Assembly (NCBI GenBank): GCA_964304625.1
Contig: OZ199839.1
Location: 11,668,335 to 11,732,334 of the forward strand
From: Kudoa neothunni
Lineage: Eukaryota; Animalia; Cnidaria
DNA length: 64,000 nucleotides
Direction of reading: 5' to 3'
Each line of letters starts with the position of its first letter. Positions within the stretch are counted from its first letter, which is position 1. This document shows, in pieces, positions 14,101 through 26,487 of the stretch. The notes under the pieces are model-generated. The model saw only the letters and a program-made list of their open reading frames with translations, ran no database searches and had not been told where the DNA came from. The translations under genes were made by a program, and so were the position numbers.

Positions 14101-17100
14101 AATTTCCTTTGCACTTTTAGTTCAATCTAACAGAGAAGGTTGAATTAGACGTTTTAATCGTCGGATGCTCTAACAGACCTGAAATCTCGGTAGAGCCTAA
14201 GTCCTTATGGATTTGTGCGTACGGTATGGGATGGTGCATGCACCACCAATAAGAATGTTTAGTAGGTTAAATACCCACACTACTCAAGAATGATAAGGAC
14301 AAAGTGGTAAATGTTACTCGTCTTACGGTGTCTACAGCGTTGTTGACGATGGTCTAACCATCCATATCCTCATAACCTAAAAAAAATTCGCCAGGGGCTT
14401 TACCTTGCAAACAAAAAAAAATTAAAAAGAGTAACGGAAAAAACTAGAAAATGGTGCTATCCTAATTAAATATATTAAATTTAATGATTTAGCATGCCTT
14501 CATTTTTATCTTCTTCCTAGTATACGTAATTCTGGTTCCGAATCTTAATTTAAAAATACATTTTATTATTAGTAAGATGTATAGTACGGAATATTTAGAA
14601 GTATAAATTGTTACTTAATTTTAATATATCCATTGTCATTATCGTTCAAGTGAACTGCTTGGTGGAGACATATTAACCAATCAAATAACGAGTTATCATT
14701 AATAATTATTTTATTTAATTAGTTATCTCCTTATTCACTCATATTCACATAATAAATATTTAAATACATCAATTATTTTCGTATAAATTAAATTTTTGTT
14801 CTAATAAAGAATGATATTAAAATATTTTTTGAAATAATGGCTACGTTCATATCATTTCTTGTTTATAAATTCATCTACGGATTTTATTAGTATGCGTTTA
14901 AATTATAATCGTATATTTATTATTCTCTAAAAATATAAATATGAGAATATTTATTATTTATAGATATATCTATCATCCAAATTTGTTGGTGACAAATTAA
15001 CTAATACATATTGAAACTCTTTTACTCCTATATATATATATATATATATTGTCCTCTGTTAACGATTATGATAATTTAGAAATATTAAGCACTGAATTGG
15101 ATTATTATTGGGAATCTCAAAACCTGAATATTGTATTGACGATAGTTTCAGAAGGAATATTATCTGAATTCAACATCAATTACCACCTGTGTGAGGAAAA
15201 TCCAACGAAGAAAAATTCATCGCAGAGACAACAAACAATTAAATGCGCTAACAACAGATGCAGTTGGACAGTAGAAAATATCAAATCTGACAAAAATCAT
15301 ATTTTAACGTTTTCATCACAAAATCTTATAAATCATATGTCTTATTTTATCAGGAATGGTGAATGTAATATTTCATTATTGGGATACAATAAATTTTTCA
15401 ATTGCCATATAAATTTTAGACGAGTGTCCCTTCGTTGGCGTTAAACAAGATGACAAAGCTACTGGTGGCGTTTCAATAATAATAGAATTATTAGGTGTTA
15501 TGCCGAAAGTCTTATACATCACTTATTCCTTATATGAAACAACTGATGGAAACAAACAAGTAATGCCAGAATCTACTCAAAAGATACCCTGCGTTAAATA
15601 TGAATGCACATTAAAAATCCCAGACATATCACAAACAAAAAGCTACGATATTATGTTATCCATACCAAAATGCACCGATAAAATAAATTTCAAAATAAAA
15701 AATTGTACTATTTATATACAAATATATTAAATAATTTTCTCTGTAGCTCCCACCACTTACGACTTAGTGTACAATTACCAAATAACCAGTTCCAACAAGG
15801 CCACCCTTACAATAATAATATCGAAACTTGCAATACCATATCAAAAAATTACTTTCGATTGGTTTTTAAAATTAAGTAAAAGCTCAGTACCTCTTCAATC
15901 TTCCACTTCATTGGTTGAACTTACAGATGAAAATTCATCATTTTCATTTCAAATACCAAATATTGATCTAGATTCGGAATACTTCATTGATTTTTCATCC
16001 GACTATCTCGCTGCAATGCCTCATAAAACATTGATTGTTAAATGTATATTTATAAATTTACTTTAATATATTTTTATATCAAAATTTTAATTAAGCGAAA
16101 ATCAATTATGAAATAATACAGAAATGGAACGATGGCAAACTTTCAATTTCATTAAGATTGAATGTACCAATAAATAAATTATGCATTGATATTGAAATTA
16201 CCACTCTTAAAAAAACGAATTCTGGAATAATAGAAAAATCCACAGTCACTCTGAATGCAACTTTATTTTGTGACCAAAGCGTTTGCGACTATGAATTTGA
16301 AAATGTGACCAAAAAAGATCATTTCAAAATCGCGTTAGTATCGAATTTATTACAACCCAAAGCTCCTATCATCCTTAAGAAAGGTAAATCATTATTAAAT
16401 AATTTAGAAATTGCAACAAATTTTTTAGAACCTACTACATTTACTATAAATCAAAAATACGAAAAAAATGTATTCTTGGTGGAGTTTTCATTGCATAATA
16501 AATACAATGAGATATTCATCAAATGGAGTTTGTCGGACACAGAAGGAAATTTGGTCGAACATTCTGGCAATTTATTCAAAGAGGTTGTGATTTACAATGA
16601 TAAATTTGTCCTCAATCTTGGGAAGCTGTACCAAACTAAAGAATACAAATTAAAGTTTGAATCCGAAGAACTTGATGGGAATAAAGAACTTGCAATAAAT
16701 AGTAACAACTAATCAAATATTGAAATAGTTGACCATTCCTAATTTTGTTTAAAACAATAATTATAATATGTTGTATCATTTAAAAATATATTATCCTGTA
16801 TTTAACTAATAATGATAATTTTAGAGAAGTTTGACTATGTCATAAAATATAAATGGGATTATCACAAACTAAAAATAACATTGGAAATTTCACCGAGTGA
16901 ACCTCGGATGGATTTTACCATCGACTATTCTTATTATGAAAATGATAAAAAACCAGAAAATGTGGTTGAAAATAATAAACCGATTCAATGCGACACAAAT
17001 ATATGCACGTTTTTAATTAAAAATATAAATTACGCTGTCGATCACACATTTTCGTTCCATGTACCAAGTCTCGTCGATAATGTTCAGTATCAAATAAAGA

Positions 17101-20100
17101 AAGGTACTTAGATTATCGAAAATGGCTTGTAATTCTGTTATTAATTATATTATTCAGAACCATGTCCGCTGTCAGATATACAACTGAAACCTCCAGAAAA
17201 CGAGGATCGCACTCTAATAATTCAACTGTTATTTGCATACGAAGAGTTATCGGTTGATTATTCAGTTTATGAATCAGATGAGAATACTAGCTTAATAATT
17301 CATGATCCAAATAAAAAGATAATTTGTGAATCGACCATATGTGAATTATCCATCCCAAAGCTAATACTTACAAAGTCTTATAACATTGTTGTGAAAGTAC
17401 CCTTGTGTAAGGAAAATTTGACGATATCAACTGAAAAAGGTACAATATACCACTCATAAAAATAATAAATTTTTCTAGCTCGAAGCAATTACACATTAAC
17501 ATACAGTTATCAAAAAGAACAGTCCAACAAAGTTACACTTACTCTACAATTAAAGCTTTTATTACCTTATGATAAAATCGAGTTGGATTGGTCTTTGAAA
17601 GCAAATTCCAATGTCGTTATGAGATCATCTTCAAAAACCGAGCTGACTCAAAAGAATTCCATATTTTCCTTATCTATACCAGAAGTTGATACAGGAAAAG
17701 AATATACAATTGAGTTCACTTCCAAATATCTCGTGGAAAAAACAAATGGGAATATCATAATTAAAGGTATGTAATAATAAACCCGCTAGTTCATTCGCAG
17801 TCATTTATTTAATTAATGATATATTAATAAATGAATATTATTATAATTCGACATTTTTCAAATAAAAATAATTCAGAAATAATTGTTCAATTTATGTTTT
17901 ATTCTCAAGAAATAATATGCAAGATAAACAAAATTTAATTAAATTAGTGATTATACAATGGATTATAATTTGATTTCATTGTATACTTATTATTTATGAT
18001 AGATGATATATATTAATTTATATCATTTAATTAATTAATTGTGTGAATATCACAAAAGAATTGATATCACCGTGAAATTCATGTTAAACCTAATTTTAAC
18101 CCTCCGGTATCCAGGAGAAAAGCTTACGCACATACATAGACGTGGACATTGTTTCCAACCACCCAAAAAACATCGGATTATATAATTGACTACGAATTAT
18201 TTAATTAAACATATTTTGCATAATATTAAATTTATTCTGCATTCACCGTAATTGCCTTGTTCACACGGACTGCATTTTGTGCGGCATCGTTTTTGGGAGA
18301 TCTGTTACAAACACAGAAATGTTAACGTTTTTCGAATCTATGGTTTACCCTTTCACTTTTGTTTTGTATATTTGCTTTGGATTCCACTATGAGTTCTATT
18401 GCTAGCTGTTTTTGGAAATCTCTTATGACCAAAGCTTTTATTGGTTAAGTAATTGAGAGTTTCTAGATCCATATAGTTGAAATTCATTATACACATCTGC
18501 TTCTACTATATTGTAAAACACAGCATTTGGCCAGCGTCTAATGGCTCATTCTGTAGAATAGCATCGCACAAGCTGATCGAAAGTGTCAACATCATCATTT
18601 ATCGCATTGTAATATAGGATTATCTTAGGTTTTGATTTTTCCATTTCATGACCCCTATCAGAATCAATGTCCCAGGAAATACTTTGAGGTCATTAAGGTT
18701 AACCTTTTTGTGCGTTTATTCTCAATATTATTTTATGTTAAAACAATAATATTATTCCTTAAAATTAAACTATGTATACACTTTTCTAAGAAATCAATCC
18801 GTTTTATTTATTATAATTATACAAGTTTGGGAAAAAGTATAAACAATGTAATTGCGCTAACGTAACGTATAGTTTATATGGTTTAAAATAGTTGGTTGTG
18901 TATATTGATTGCTAACAAATATAATAATATAGTTCCAATAAATTATCAAATCAACAAAAAGCACGCAGATGATAAAGTTCAACTAACAATACAGCCAGAA
19001 ATAGATGTGAATCAATTAGAAGTCAAACTTGAATATTCCACTTTGAAAAAGACCCCTAATAAATATGACGTGAAGGAGACAAGATCAATAGATATAACGC
19101 TAAAATGTATCGAAAAAGTTTGCGAATATCTTTTGGAAAAAATTGACAAGAATGAAAACTATTACATTAAAATTGTGCCAGGTTTATTGCAAAAGAAAGA
19201 ACCTATTCTTATCAAAAGAGGTATTATTTTTCTGTATTATTATTAATATAATATATTCAAGAACCGACTACATTTGAGGTTAATTATAAATATAACAATA
19301 ATGAATTATTGGTTGAGTTCACATTGAAAATTAAATTTGATGAGATATTCATCAAATGGAGCTTATCAGACTCAATAAATGTTTTGGTCAAAAATTCTAA
19401 CGATCTGTTCAAAAAGGTTGTGGTCAAAGATAACAAATGTACCTTAAATCTTGGACCGTTGTATCAAACAAAAGAATACAAATTAACATTTGAATCCGAA
19501 GAACTTACTGGGAAGAATGAACTTGTAGTAGAAAGTAATAATTAATAAAATATCGAAAAAGTTGACTATTCCTACTTTTATTAAAAATATTAATTATAAT
19601 ATAATGTATAACTTAAAAATAAAAAAAATTTCTTGTTGAATTATAAATGATAATTTTAGAGAGATTTGAATATGCATTAAAACATGAATGGGATTATCAC
19701 AAACTAGAAATAACATTGGTAATTTTCTCGAATGAACCTCGGATGGAATTTGCTATCGACTATTCTTATTACGAACAAGGTAAAAATATTGCTGATGCGA
19801 TTATAAACAAAAAAACAATTATATGCGAACATCATATATGTAATTTTGAAATTGAAAATATCAACTATAAAGTTGATCACATATTTTTACTTCATGCCCC
19901 AAATCTTGTCGATCACCTTCAGTATGAAATAAAGAGAGGTGATTCAAAACTCAACAATGTGTTTCCATTTTCTTAATTTTATTATATTTAGAACCATGTC
20001 CATTGTCAAGTATACAACAAAAGTCGTTTGAAAACGATAAACTGAATCTAATAATTAAACTTTTATCGGCATACGAAGAGTTATCAGTTGATTATTCAGT

Positions 20101-23100
20101 TTATGAAACAAGTGAAAATACTGATTTACTCACTCTACACTCAAATGAACTGATATCGTGTATAATGAATACATGCGAATTATCCATTTCAGACTTAACA
20201 CTTACAAAGTCTTATAATGTTGCTGTGAAAGTACCCTTGTGTGAAGCAGGCAGGACTCTATCAATCGATAAATGTATAATATCCGAATCATAAAAATAAT
20301 AAATTTTTTTAGCTCGAAGCGATTACACAATAACATACAATTATCGCAAAGAAGAGTTCAATAAAGTTACACTTACTCTACAATTGCAGCTTTCACTTCC
20401 TTATGATAAAATCGAGTTAGAATGGTCTCTGAAAACAGGTTTGAATTCAGAGGTCGTTAAGAGTTCATCTTCGATGACTGCGCTGACTAAAGAGGTTTCC
20501 TTATTTTCATTATCTATACCAGAAGTTGATATAAATAATGAATATACAATTGAGTTCATTTCCGAATACCTTGTGGAAAAAATAAACAGAAATATCCTAG
20601 TAGAAGGTATATAATAATAATGTTGTTTATTTCATTCGCATCTAACTATTTAATTGATACTATATTCATGATCTAATTTTAATAAAATTCATTAATTTTT
20701 CCAAATTTAACAATTAAGTAATAATTAATCTATTTATACTAAGTTATTAGCAAAAAATTTAAAAAAAATTAAATATTATATAAGGATTAGAATTTGTTTT
20801 TCATTGTTTATTTATTATTTAGAATACTTAAATAGGAAGTTTCATTATTTCGATTAATTAGTCTTATGAGTACTACTAAATAATGGATATAATGTGGAAG
20901 TTTATAAACAAAAATTAAATTAAAGATGTAATTTACATTTATAATGGGTTTGTAATTCAAATTTGACAAATAATATATTTTCTATACATAATAATTAATA
21001 ATACATATGTACAATCCCTGTTATTTTTATGTTTATTATAAAATAAAATTACGAGGGATAGAAACAATTTTTTAAAAAACTGCATTCGATGATATAATCT
21101 TATATAACTGATTACCACCTTTCTGAAAGTTAGCTAATATTCACCAACAAATTTAGTAATTGTGTAAACTATTAAAGCAAATAATTCGATTTTTAATGTT
21201 ACAAATTTTTTAAAATGATTGTATTAATTTAATCCTAAACTATAACATGAGAATTTCAATTACTAAATTTTACATTTTAATCTTCCTTGTAGGTGGCGCG
21301 TGACCATGGGGGAGCCGATTGGGCCATTTGTGGACCATGATAAAAAAATATAAAACGCTTCAAATTTTTATTTAATAACTCAGCTCATCTCTTTGAGTAA
21401 TTAAACGCAATACATGGATAAATTGGGTTCCAATTTTCAGTTTTTGTTATTAATCGTGAGCATGTTAAAGTAGGTCAGCTACCTCCAAATTAATAAAATT
21501 ATGAGCGTTATAGTCTGTGAGAGTATTAAAGACAAAAGTAATCGTCGAGTTAATCAATTAAAAATTAAAATAAGCTGAAATGGAGTAGGAACATGACCTC
21601 GCCCGGACAGTTTTAATGACAAACGTGTTTGTCGCCTTTCAGAAGGCTCCGAATGGATTAAGTATATTTTGAATGTCTCATTGTTTTTCACAACACTGTA
21701 TTAGACAGCGATGAAAAATAATTTTTCAGTATCGTGTCGAGTTACAAAAATATTTGATTTGACGGTCAAAATATGGATATTTTTTCAAGAAGTTGAAAGG
21801 GGTTATTGTTGTTATAAGCATTCTGCGAGTGAATGTATTTATGATTATACTAAATGAACTTTCCGACTCACCACTCACCAATTGCGTTGGATACGAGTCA
21901 TGAGTACTTAAATTACTAAATTAAATTAACACATCGTTTTTTAGAATACAATAAAAAATTGTCTTCCAACAAGTTCTACACCAATAATAACAAATTTATA
22001 TAAGAAAACTATTTGAAATATTTGTTACATACGATAACTTACTTTTGCTTGGGCTGATTCGCATAAATTAATTTACCGAAATTAGAACGAAATAATGTGG
22101 ACTTGCTATCTTTGATCCATTAATAGAGAAAGCATCTGATATGATGTTGTTTTTTTGAATAATCAACATCGTCTTCGTAGGAATCGTCAGATTTTGATAT
22201 TTTAAAATCAGAATCATCATTGGAATTAAAATTAAGATTATTTTATAGAAGCTATTCGATATCTCTGCATGCATTATGCATTATTCGCGGTCATGTTGCT
22301 TAAGTAATGATTGAATATTATTTTCCAAGAATAAATAACTTAAAAAAGGATTAAAAAAGTTACGTTTTATTAACATAAAAAGAATGTTAAATTGTTTGTG
22401 TACGTATTAATTTTCGTTACCCTCATTTGAGTTTAGCTAGAAACAAAGATGCAATTTTTGAGTTAAATAACTTCCACCAGTAAAATCTAATTTAATTATT
22501 TAAAAAAAATAATAAAAAGTGATACAATATTACTTTTTTTGAAAAATAAAACAAATAAATAATCTTTTTCTCATAAAAAAGTGGTATAGTTATTTTTCTT
22601 AAATAATTGAAACGAATAAAAATTTGTTTGTTACAGAAGTCATCTTATTACCCAGACCCTTCTAGATGAATTAAATGTAGAGATCAAAATCCTTAGGGTC
22701 ACAGATGACCCCACATTGGACCGGGGGGTTAATTGCAGAATAAATAATCTATTTTATTATTAAGTTCGTAAAAATTAATATTTTTAGAGTTAAAATCTTA
22801 GCCTGAACTTTTTTGTTGTTAACAACTATAATAATTTAGTTCCAATAAGCTATAAAATCAACAAAATCCATGTCGATGATAAGGTTCAACTAACAATTCA
22901 GCCAGAGATAGATGTTAATCGATTAGATGTCAAACTCGAATATTCCACTTTGAAAAAGACTCTTAATAAATATGACGTGAAGGAGACAAGATCAATAGAT
23001 ATAACGCTAAAATGTATCGAAAAAGTTTGCGAATATCTTTTGGAAAATATTGACAAAAATGAAAACTATTACATTAAAATTTTGCCAGGTTTATTGCAAG

Positions 23101-25519
23101 AGAAAGAACCTATTCTTATTAAAAGAGGTATTATTTTTCTGTATTATTATTAATATAATATACTCAAGAACCAACTGCATTTGAGGTCAAGTATGAATAT
23201 AACAATGATGGATTATTGGTTGAGTTCACATTGGAGGATGACATAGAAGAAATTTTCCTTAAATGGAGTTTACTGGGAAAAGGAGAGAAATCTATAAAAA
23301 ATTCCAATGATCAAATTAATTTATTACCATGTGAAGCAAAAAAATGTTCCATCGAACTTGGCAAGTTGGACCAAGCTGAACAATATAAATTCGCCTTTCA
23401 GTCTGATGAACTTCAAGGAGTCAGCGAATTAATAATCGAAAGTAGATATTTTTTCATTAAATATAAATATTATTATTCGTTAAAAATTGATTAAATAAAT
23501 TATTTTTTTATTTATATTCACTTTTTCTAGTTAACTGGGAAATACTTTTGACAAAATCAGAAGAATTGGATAAGACAATGGAACTCAATGACGAACCAAT
23601 AGTATAGTTAATTATGCCGACTTTTCATATGGTATGCATATATTAGATTACCGGTAATTTTATAAAAGCTTGGAATAAAATAGTGTATGAAGTAATCGAA
23701 ACAAGTAACTAAAACCACGTACAATTACAATTATAATAACTTTCAATTTAGCACCAATTCAAAATAATTCAACCATTGAAGACAGCCCAAAAAAAGAGAA
23801 GGAGGAAGAAACTTCGTAAATAGATCAAAATAATGACATTAATATAATAATTATCTTGTTTGTAGAATCTTCTTAAAACAAATTAACCTTTTGGACAAGA
23901 ATATCATAAATATTGACGTTACTGAGGAAGTCGATTCGGACAATATAAAATTGAAGACAATCACAACACAAGAGGCTTCAAAAACGATATATTTTGCTAA
24001 ACCAATAGCCGACAATGAAATTAATGACATGTTACAGAATTCAACGCTTGCTGTAAACAACGATGAGCCATTGCAATCCACTTATTTGCACATGGAATTT
24101 TCAGCTGATGATTCTTCCGCTGAAGCGGACAACCAGAGTAAAATTGTGTTGGCCGTAACGAAAAATAAGGAAATTAACAATTCAACACAAACGAGTGATA
24201 TTATTGCAGGAGATGTGCTAATCATAAAAGTTTCAAATAATCGGACAAAAAAATTAAATATAACGTTCAGTCAAATTATAAAAACCAATGATAAAAAGAA
24301 CAATTTTAGATGTTGCACGTTAGATAGTATATTAATACTATTAATTATTGTAAATAATAACCATGTTTCCTTATAAAGGTAAAACGTTAGCTTGGGAAAC
24401 TAAATACTGCTCAATTTTACATGAAGTCCCTATTTCAACATTCCTCACCAATTACACATGCACTTGCAATCACACAACAAGTTATGCAATCATATACGAT
24501 ATTTTTGACGACGATTCGACAAAAAATATTTATTATCAACATCAAATATCCCTAATCACAACTGGCATTTCGATGGTATTTTTGTTCCTCACATTTGTGT
24601 GCATTTTATCATCTAAGTAAATTTTTTACGGTAAATAGAAATTGAATGTTAACTGTTTGATTATAGAGTTGTTAAAAAAATAAGAATTTTGGCTCAATTG
24701 TGGATGTGTGTGGCTATATTTATATTCCACTTGGCATTTATCTTGGGAAATGTGTTTAACAAAAAACATCGTTCCTGTTTTTATGTTGCCACCTTTTTAC
24801 ATTATAGCCTTATGAGTCAATACATGGCGTTGTTATTAAATTCTCTTGTTGTTGTCAAAAACCTTTTATTAACAATGAAAAAAGTAAAGAAAATAATTAT
24901 GAAAATTATAGCACTACTTTTTCTAAGTGAGTATATTCGTTTAAACTTAATAATATTTAAATTTTAGTCATTCCTATATTTGTTGCAGCAATTTCTAGCC
25001 AATTATTTAGTGCTAATTACGTCATAAAAACAAAGTATTTAAGTTATATCAATTTTCATTGCAATTTATTTGAATATTTATAGTTGTATTCCACATGGTT
25101 GGCTAAAGTTGGTGACAATCACGATTCCTGGAGTGTGTATACTATTTTTTAATCTAATGGTATTGTTCCTGGTATTACGCACAATCTACAGGTCCGAAAT
25201 TACAAATAAGAAAAAATGTTCAATCAATCAACGAGCAAAACAGTTACTGTTCCTATTCATGATGTTAGGAATGCCGATGCTAATCCAATTTTTATCCTTC
25301 TTCATTAAAAGTGAAATAATTATATTGGTTTCCAATTGTTTAAACACGTCAATGGGAACATTCTTATTTTTCATCTTTGTTGTTGGAAACAAAGAAATGA
25401 GAACTCATATAAAATCAACACTTGGAACAGGATCAAGCCGGAAGAGGATAATATCAATGAATAGAAGTAAATCCACAACCAAGATGACAACTTTTACATC
25501 AAGATATAAAAAACGATAA
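8155..25519 (+). CDS. Giant adhesion GPCR (GAIN/GPS + secretin-like 7TM) with 23 tandem beta-sandwich-like ectodomain modules; gene 1, 5' end not identified
   Basis: 31 GT-AG exons splice in frame without a stop: 8155-8440, 8495-8788, 8829-9122, 9167-9460, 9521-9790, 9839-10120, 10164-10445, 10487-10738, 15080-15358, 15420-15704, 15747-16043, 16096-16383, 16429-16701, 16825-17103, 17158-17439, 17479-17766, 18933-19220, 19262-19534, 19660-19938, 19992-20273, 20313-20606, 22840-23127, 23169-23441, 23531-23601, 23647-23704, 23752-23815, 23866-24326, 24379-24616, 24667-24926, 24968-25034, 25084-25519 (~2,700 aa). The GPS motif W-x4-C..YTCTCNHTTSYAI is followed by seven hydrophobic helices, ending LNTSMGTFLFFIFVV, and a basic tail. 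Confidence 0.85.
11950..12300 (+). mobile_element. pogo/Tigger transposase remnant in the long intron of gene 1
   Basis: Degenerate CENP-B-type HTH (VDQDLYEYIEWDRRK..) followed by N-V-D-*-T-V-L-F-Y, which resembles the NxDETGLF motif. Confidence 0.45.
12884..12925. mobile_element. hAT (Charlie-type) terminal fragment
   Basis: CAGGGGTCTCCAAACTTTT..CGACCCC is a typical Charlie/MER-like terminus. The partner end was not found. Confidence 0.4.
13967..14420 (+). mobile_element. tRNA-derived SINE-like element
   Basis: GC-richer island with an A-box TAGCCCAGTGG (13979), a degenerate B-box, several hairpins and an A-rich tail. Its 5' ~120 nt align with 36065-36200. Confidence 0.6.
15028..15049. repeat. 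(TA)n microsatellite just upstream of the acceptor of exon c1
   Basis: About 11 perfect TA units. Confidence 0.9.
18100..18640 (-). mobile_element. piggyBac 3'-end fragment in an intron of gene 1
   Basis: TTAA|CCCTCCGGT terminus. The minus strand reads KPKIILYYNAINDDVDTFDQLVRCYS..RRWPNAVFYN, the third catalytic Asp region. Confidence 0.75.
21700..22728 (-). mobile_element. piggyBac 5'-end fragment in an intron of gene 1 (left boundary uncertain)
   Basis: Terminus ACCGGGGGG|TTAA (22729-22732), subterminal palindrome GGGTCACAGATGACCC, and a highly decayed N-terminal transposase-like sequence on the minus strand. Confidence 0.55.
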
Positions 25520-26487
25520 ATTCCTGTTAGTTAAAATAATATTGTTATTTCTCTAGTATAATATTAGTTTTCGTTCTTAGTTAGATTTCATTTCTTTAAT
25601 TTGCCTTTAAAATAAATCCATATTTGTAAACATTTCATTTTTATCATGTCTGTATACCCATTAAAAATCTTAAATTTTTGTCTCAACTAATAATTTGGTC
25701 TAAATAAAATACTTAAACGGATGAATTAAAGTTTATAATTTCCTTAAATTAACAATTTTGTTTATTTTGTAATTTATTGCTACATACGTGCCAGAAAAAT
25801 ACTAACAGAAATAAATAATAAGTTGGTCGCAAGATGGTTCTTACGCGTTAGACCAGTGAAGAGAATCTTATTACGCAGAATAGTTGCTGCGATAAAAACA
25901 AATTCCTCACTTGAAAACACAGCGGAGTAGTTGGGAACTTTTTATCCAAAAATCGAAACTATTGTATTACGATGTATTATTTTATTTTTGTTTGGGAACT
26001 TATACAATTACCAATAGTATAATAACCCTCGAATATCTGGCAAAATAGTTACATGAATTTTTGAAGAGGACCGCTATGGTCCTATGCAATTTATTTGTAG
26101 CATATTTATATTCAAATCTATTTAACTATAATGATATATAAAACAATCTAATAGCATTGTTATAAGTTATAAAAAATGAAAAAAAAATTGAATTATAAAA
26201 TTAAAATCAAATTTTTTAGACGCGCGCATTAAAAAAATAAATAATTTGAAAATATAAACTTATTATTTTATGATTGTAATTGGCAAAAAACCATTATAAT
26301 AAAGATATAATCAATAAATTATTTTGTTTATAACTACAAATGATAATTTGATACAAAAATACAAAATAAATTAGTATTTTACAACATTAAATTGAATTAC
26401 ATGTCCAATCTATCTATACCATCTCATTATAATGACATTAATTCTAATCGTTTTGTCTAAAATCTAAATAGGTAAATTACACAAGTA

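Larger units (their letters stand above)
15080..23441 (+). repeat. Three tandem copies of a five-exon ectodomain block (c-d-e-a-b) in gene 1
   Basis: Exon types recur in order: c (Y.W(D/E)..L.I; 15080, 16825, 19660), d (ECP/PCP; 15420, 17158, 19992), e (Y.L.Y.Y..NK.TL; 15747, 17479, 20313), a (INY.I; 16096, 18933, 22840), b (EPT.F..LVEF; 16429, 19262, 23169). Confidence 0.9.

Noticed and set aside
8161-20614. Reading the many short ORFs as separate prokaryote-style or viral genes
   Set aside because: ORF ends coincide with GT donors and their starts with AG acceptors, and they splice into a single frame.
15080-23441. Dscam-like mutually exclusive exon array
   Set aside because: The exons recur as ordered c-d-e-a-b blocks with ordinary spliceable introns and join constitutively in frame. 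No docking or selector sequences were noticed.
23851-24081. Antisense ORF conserved identically at 53915-54145
   Set aside because: It is a shadow of the GAIN exon, and the identity follows from the near-identical DNA tract.
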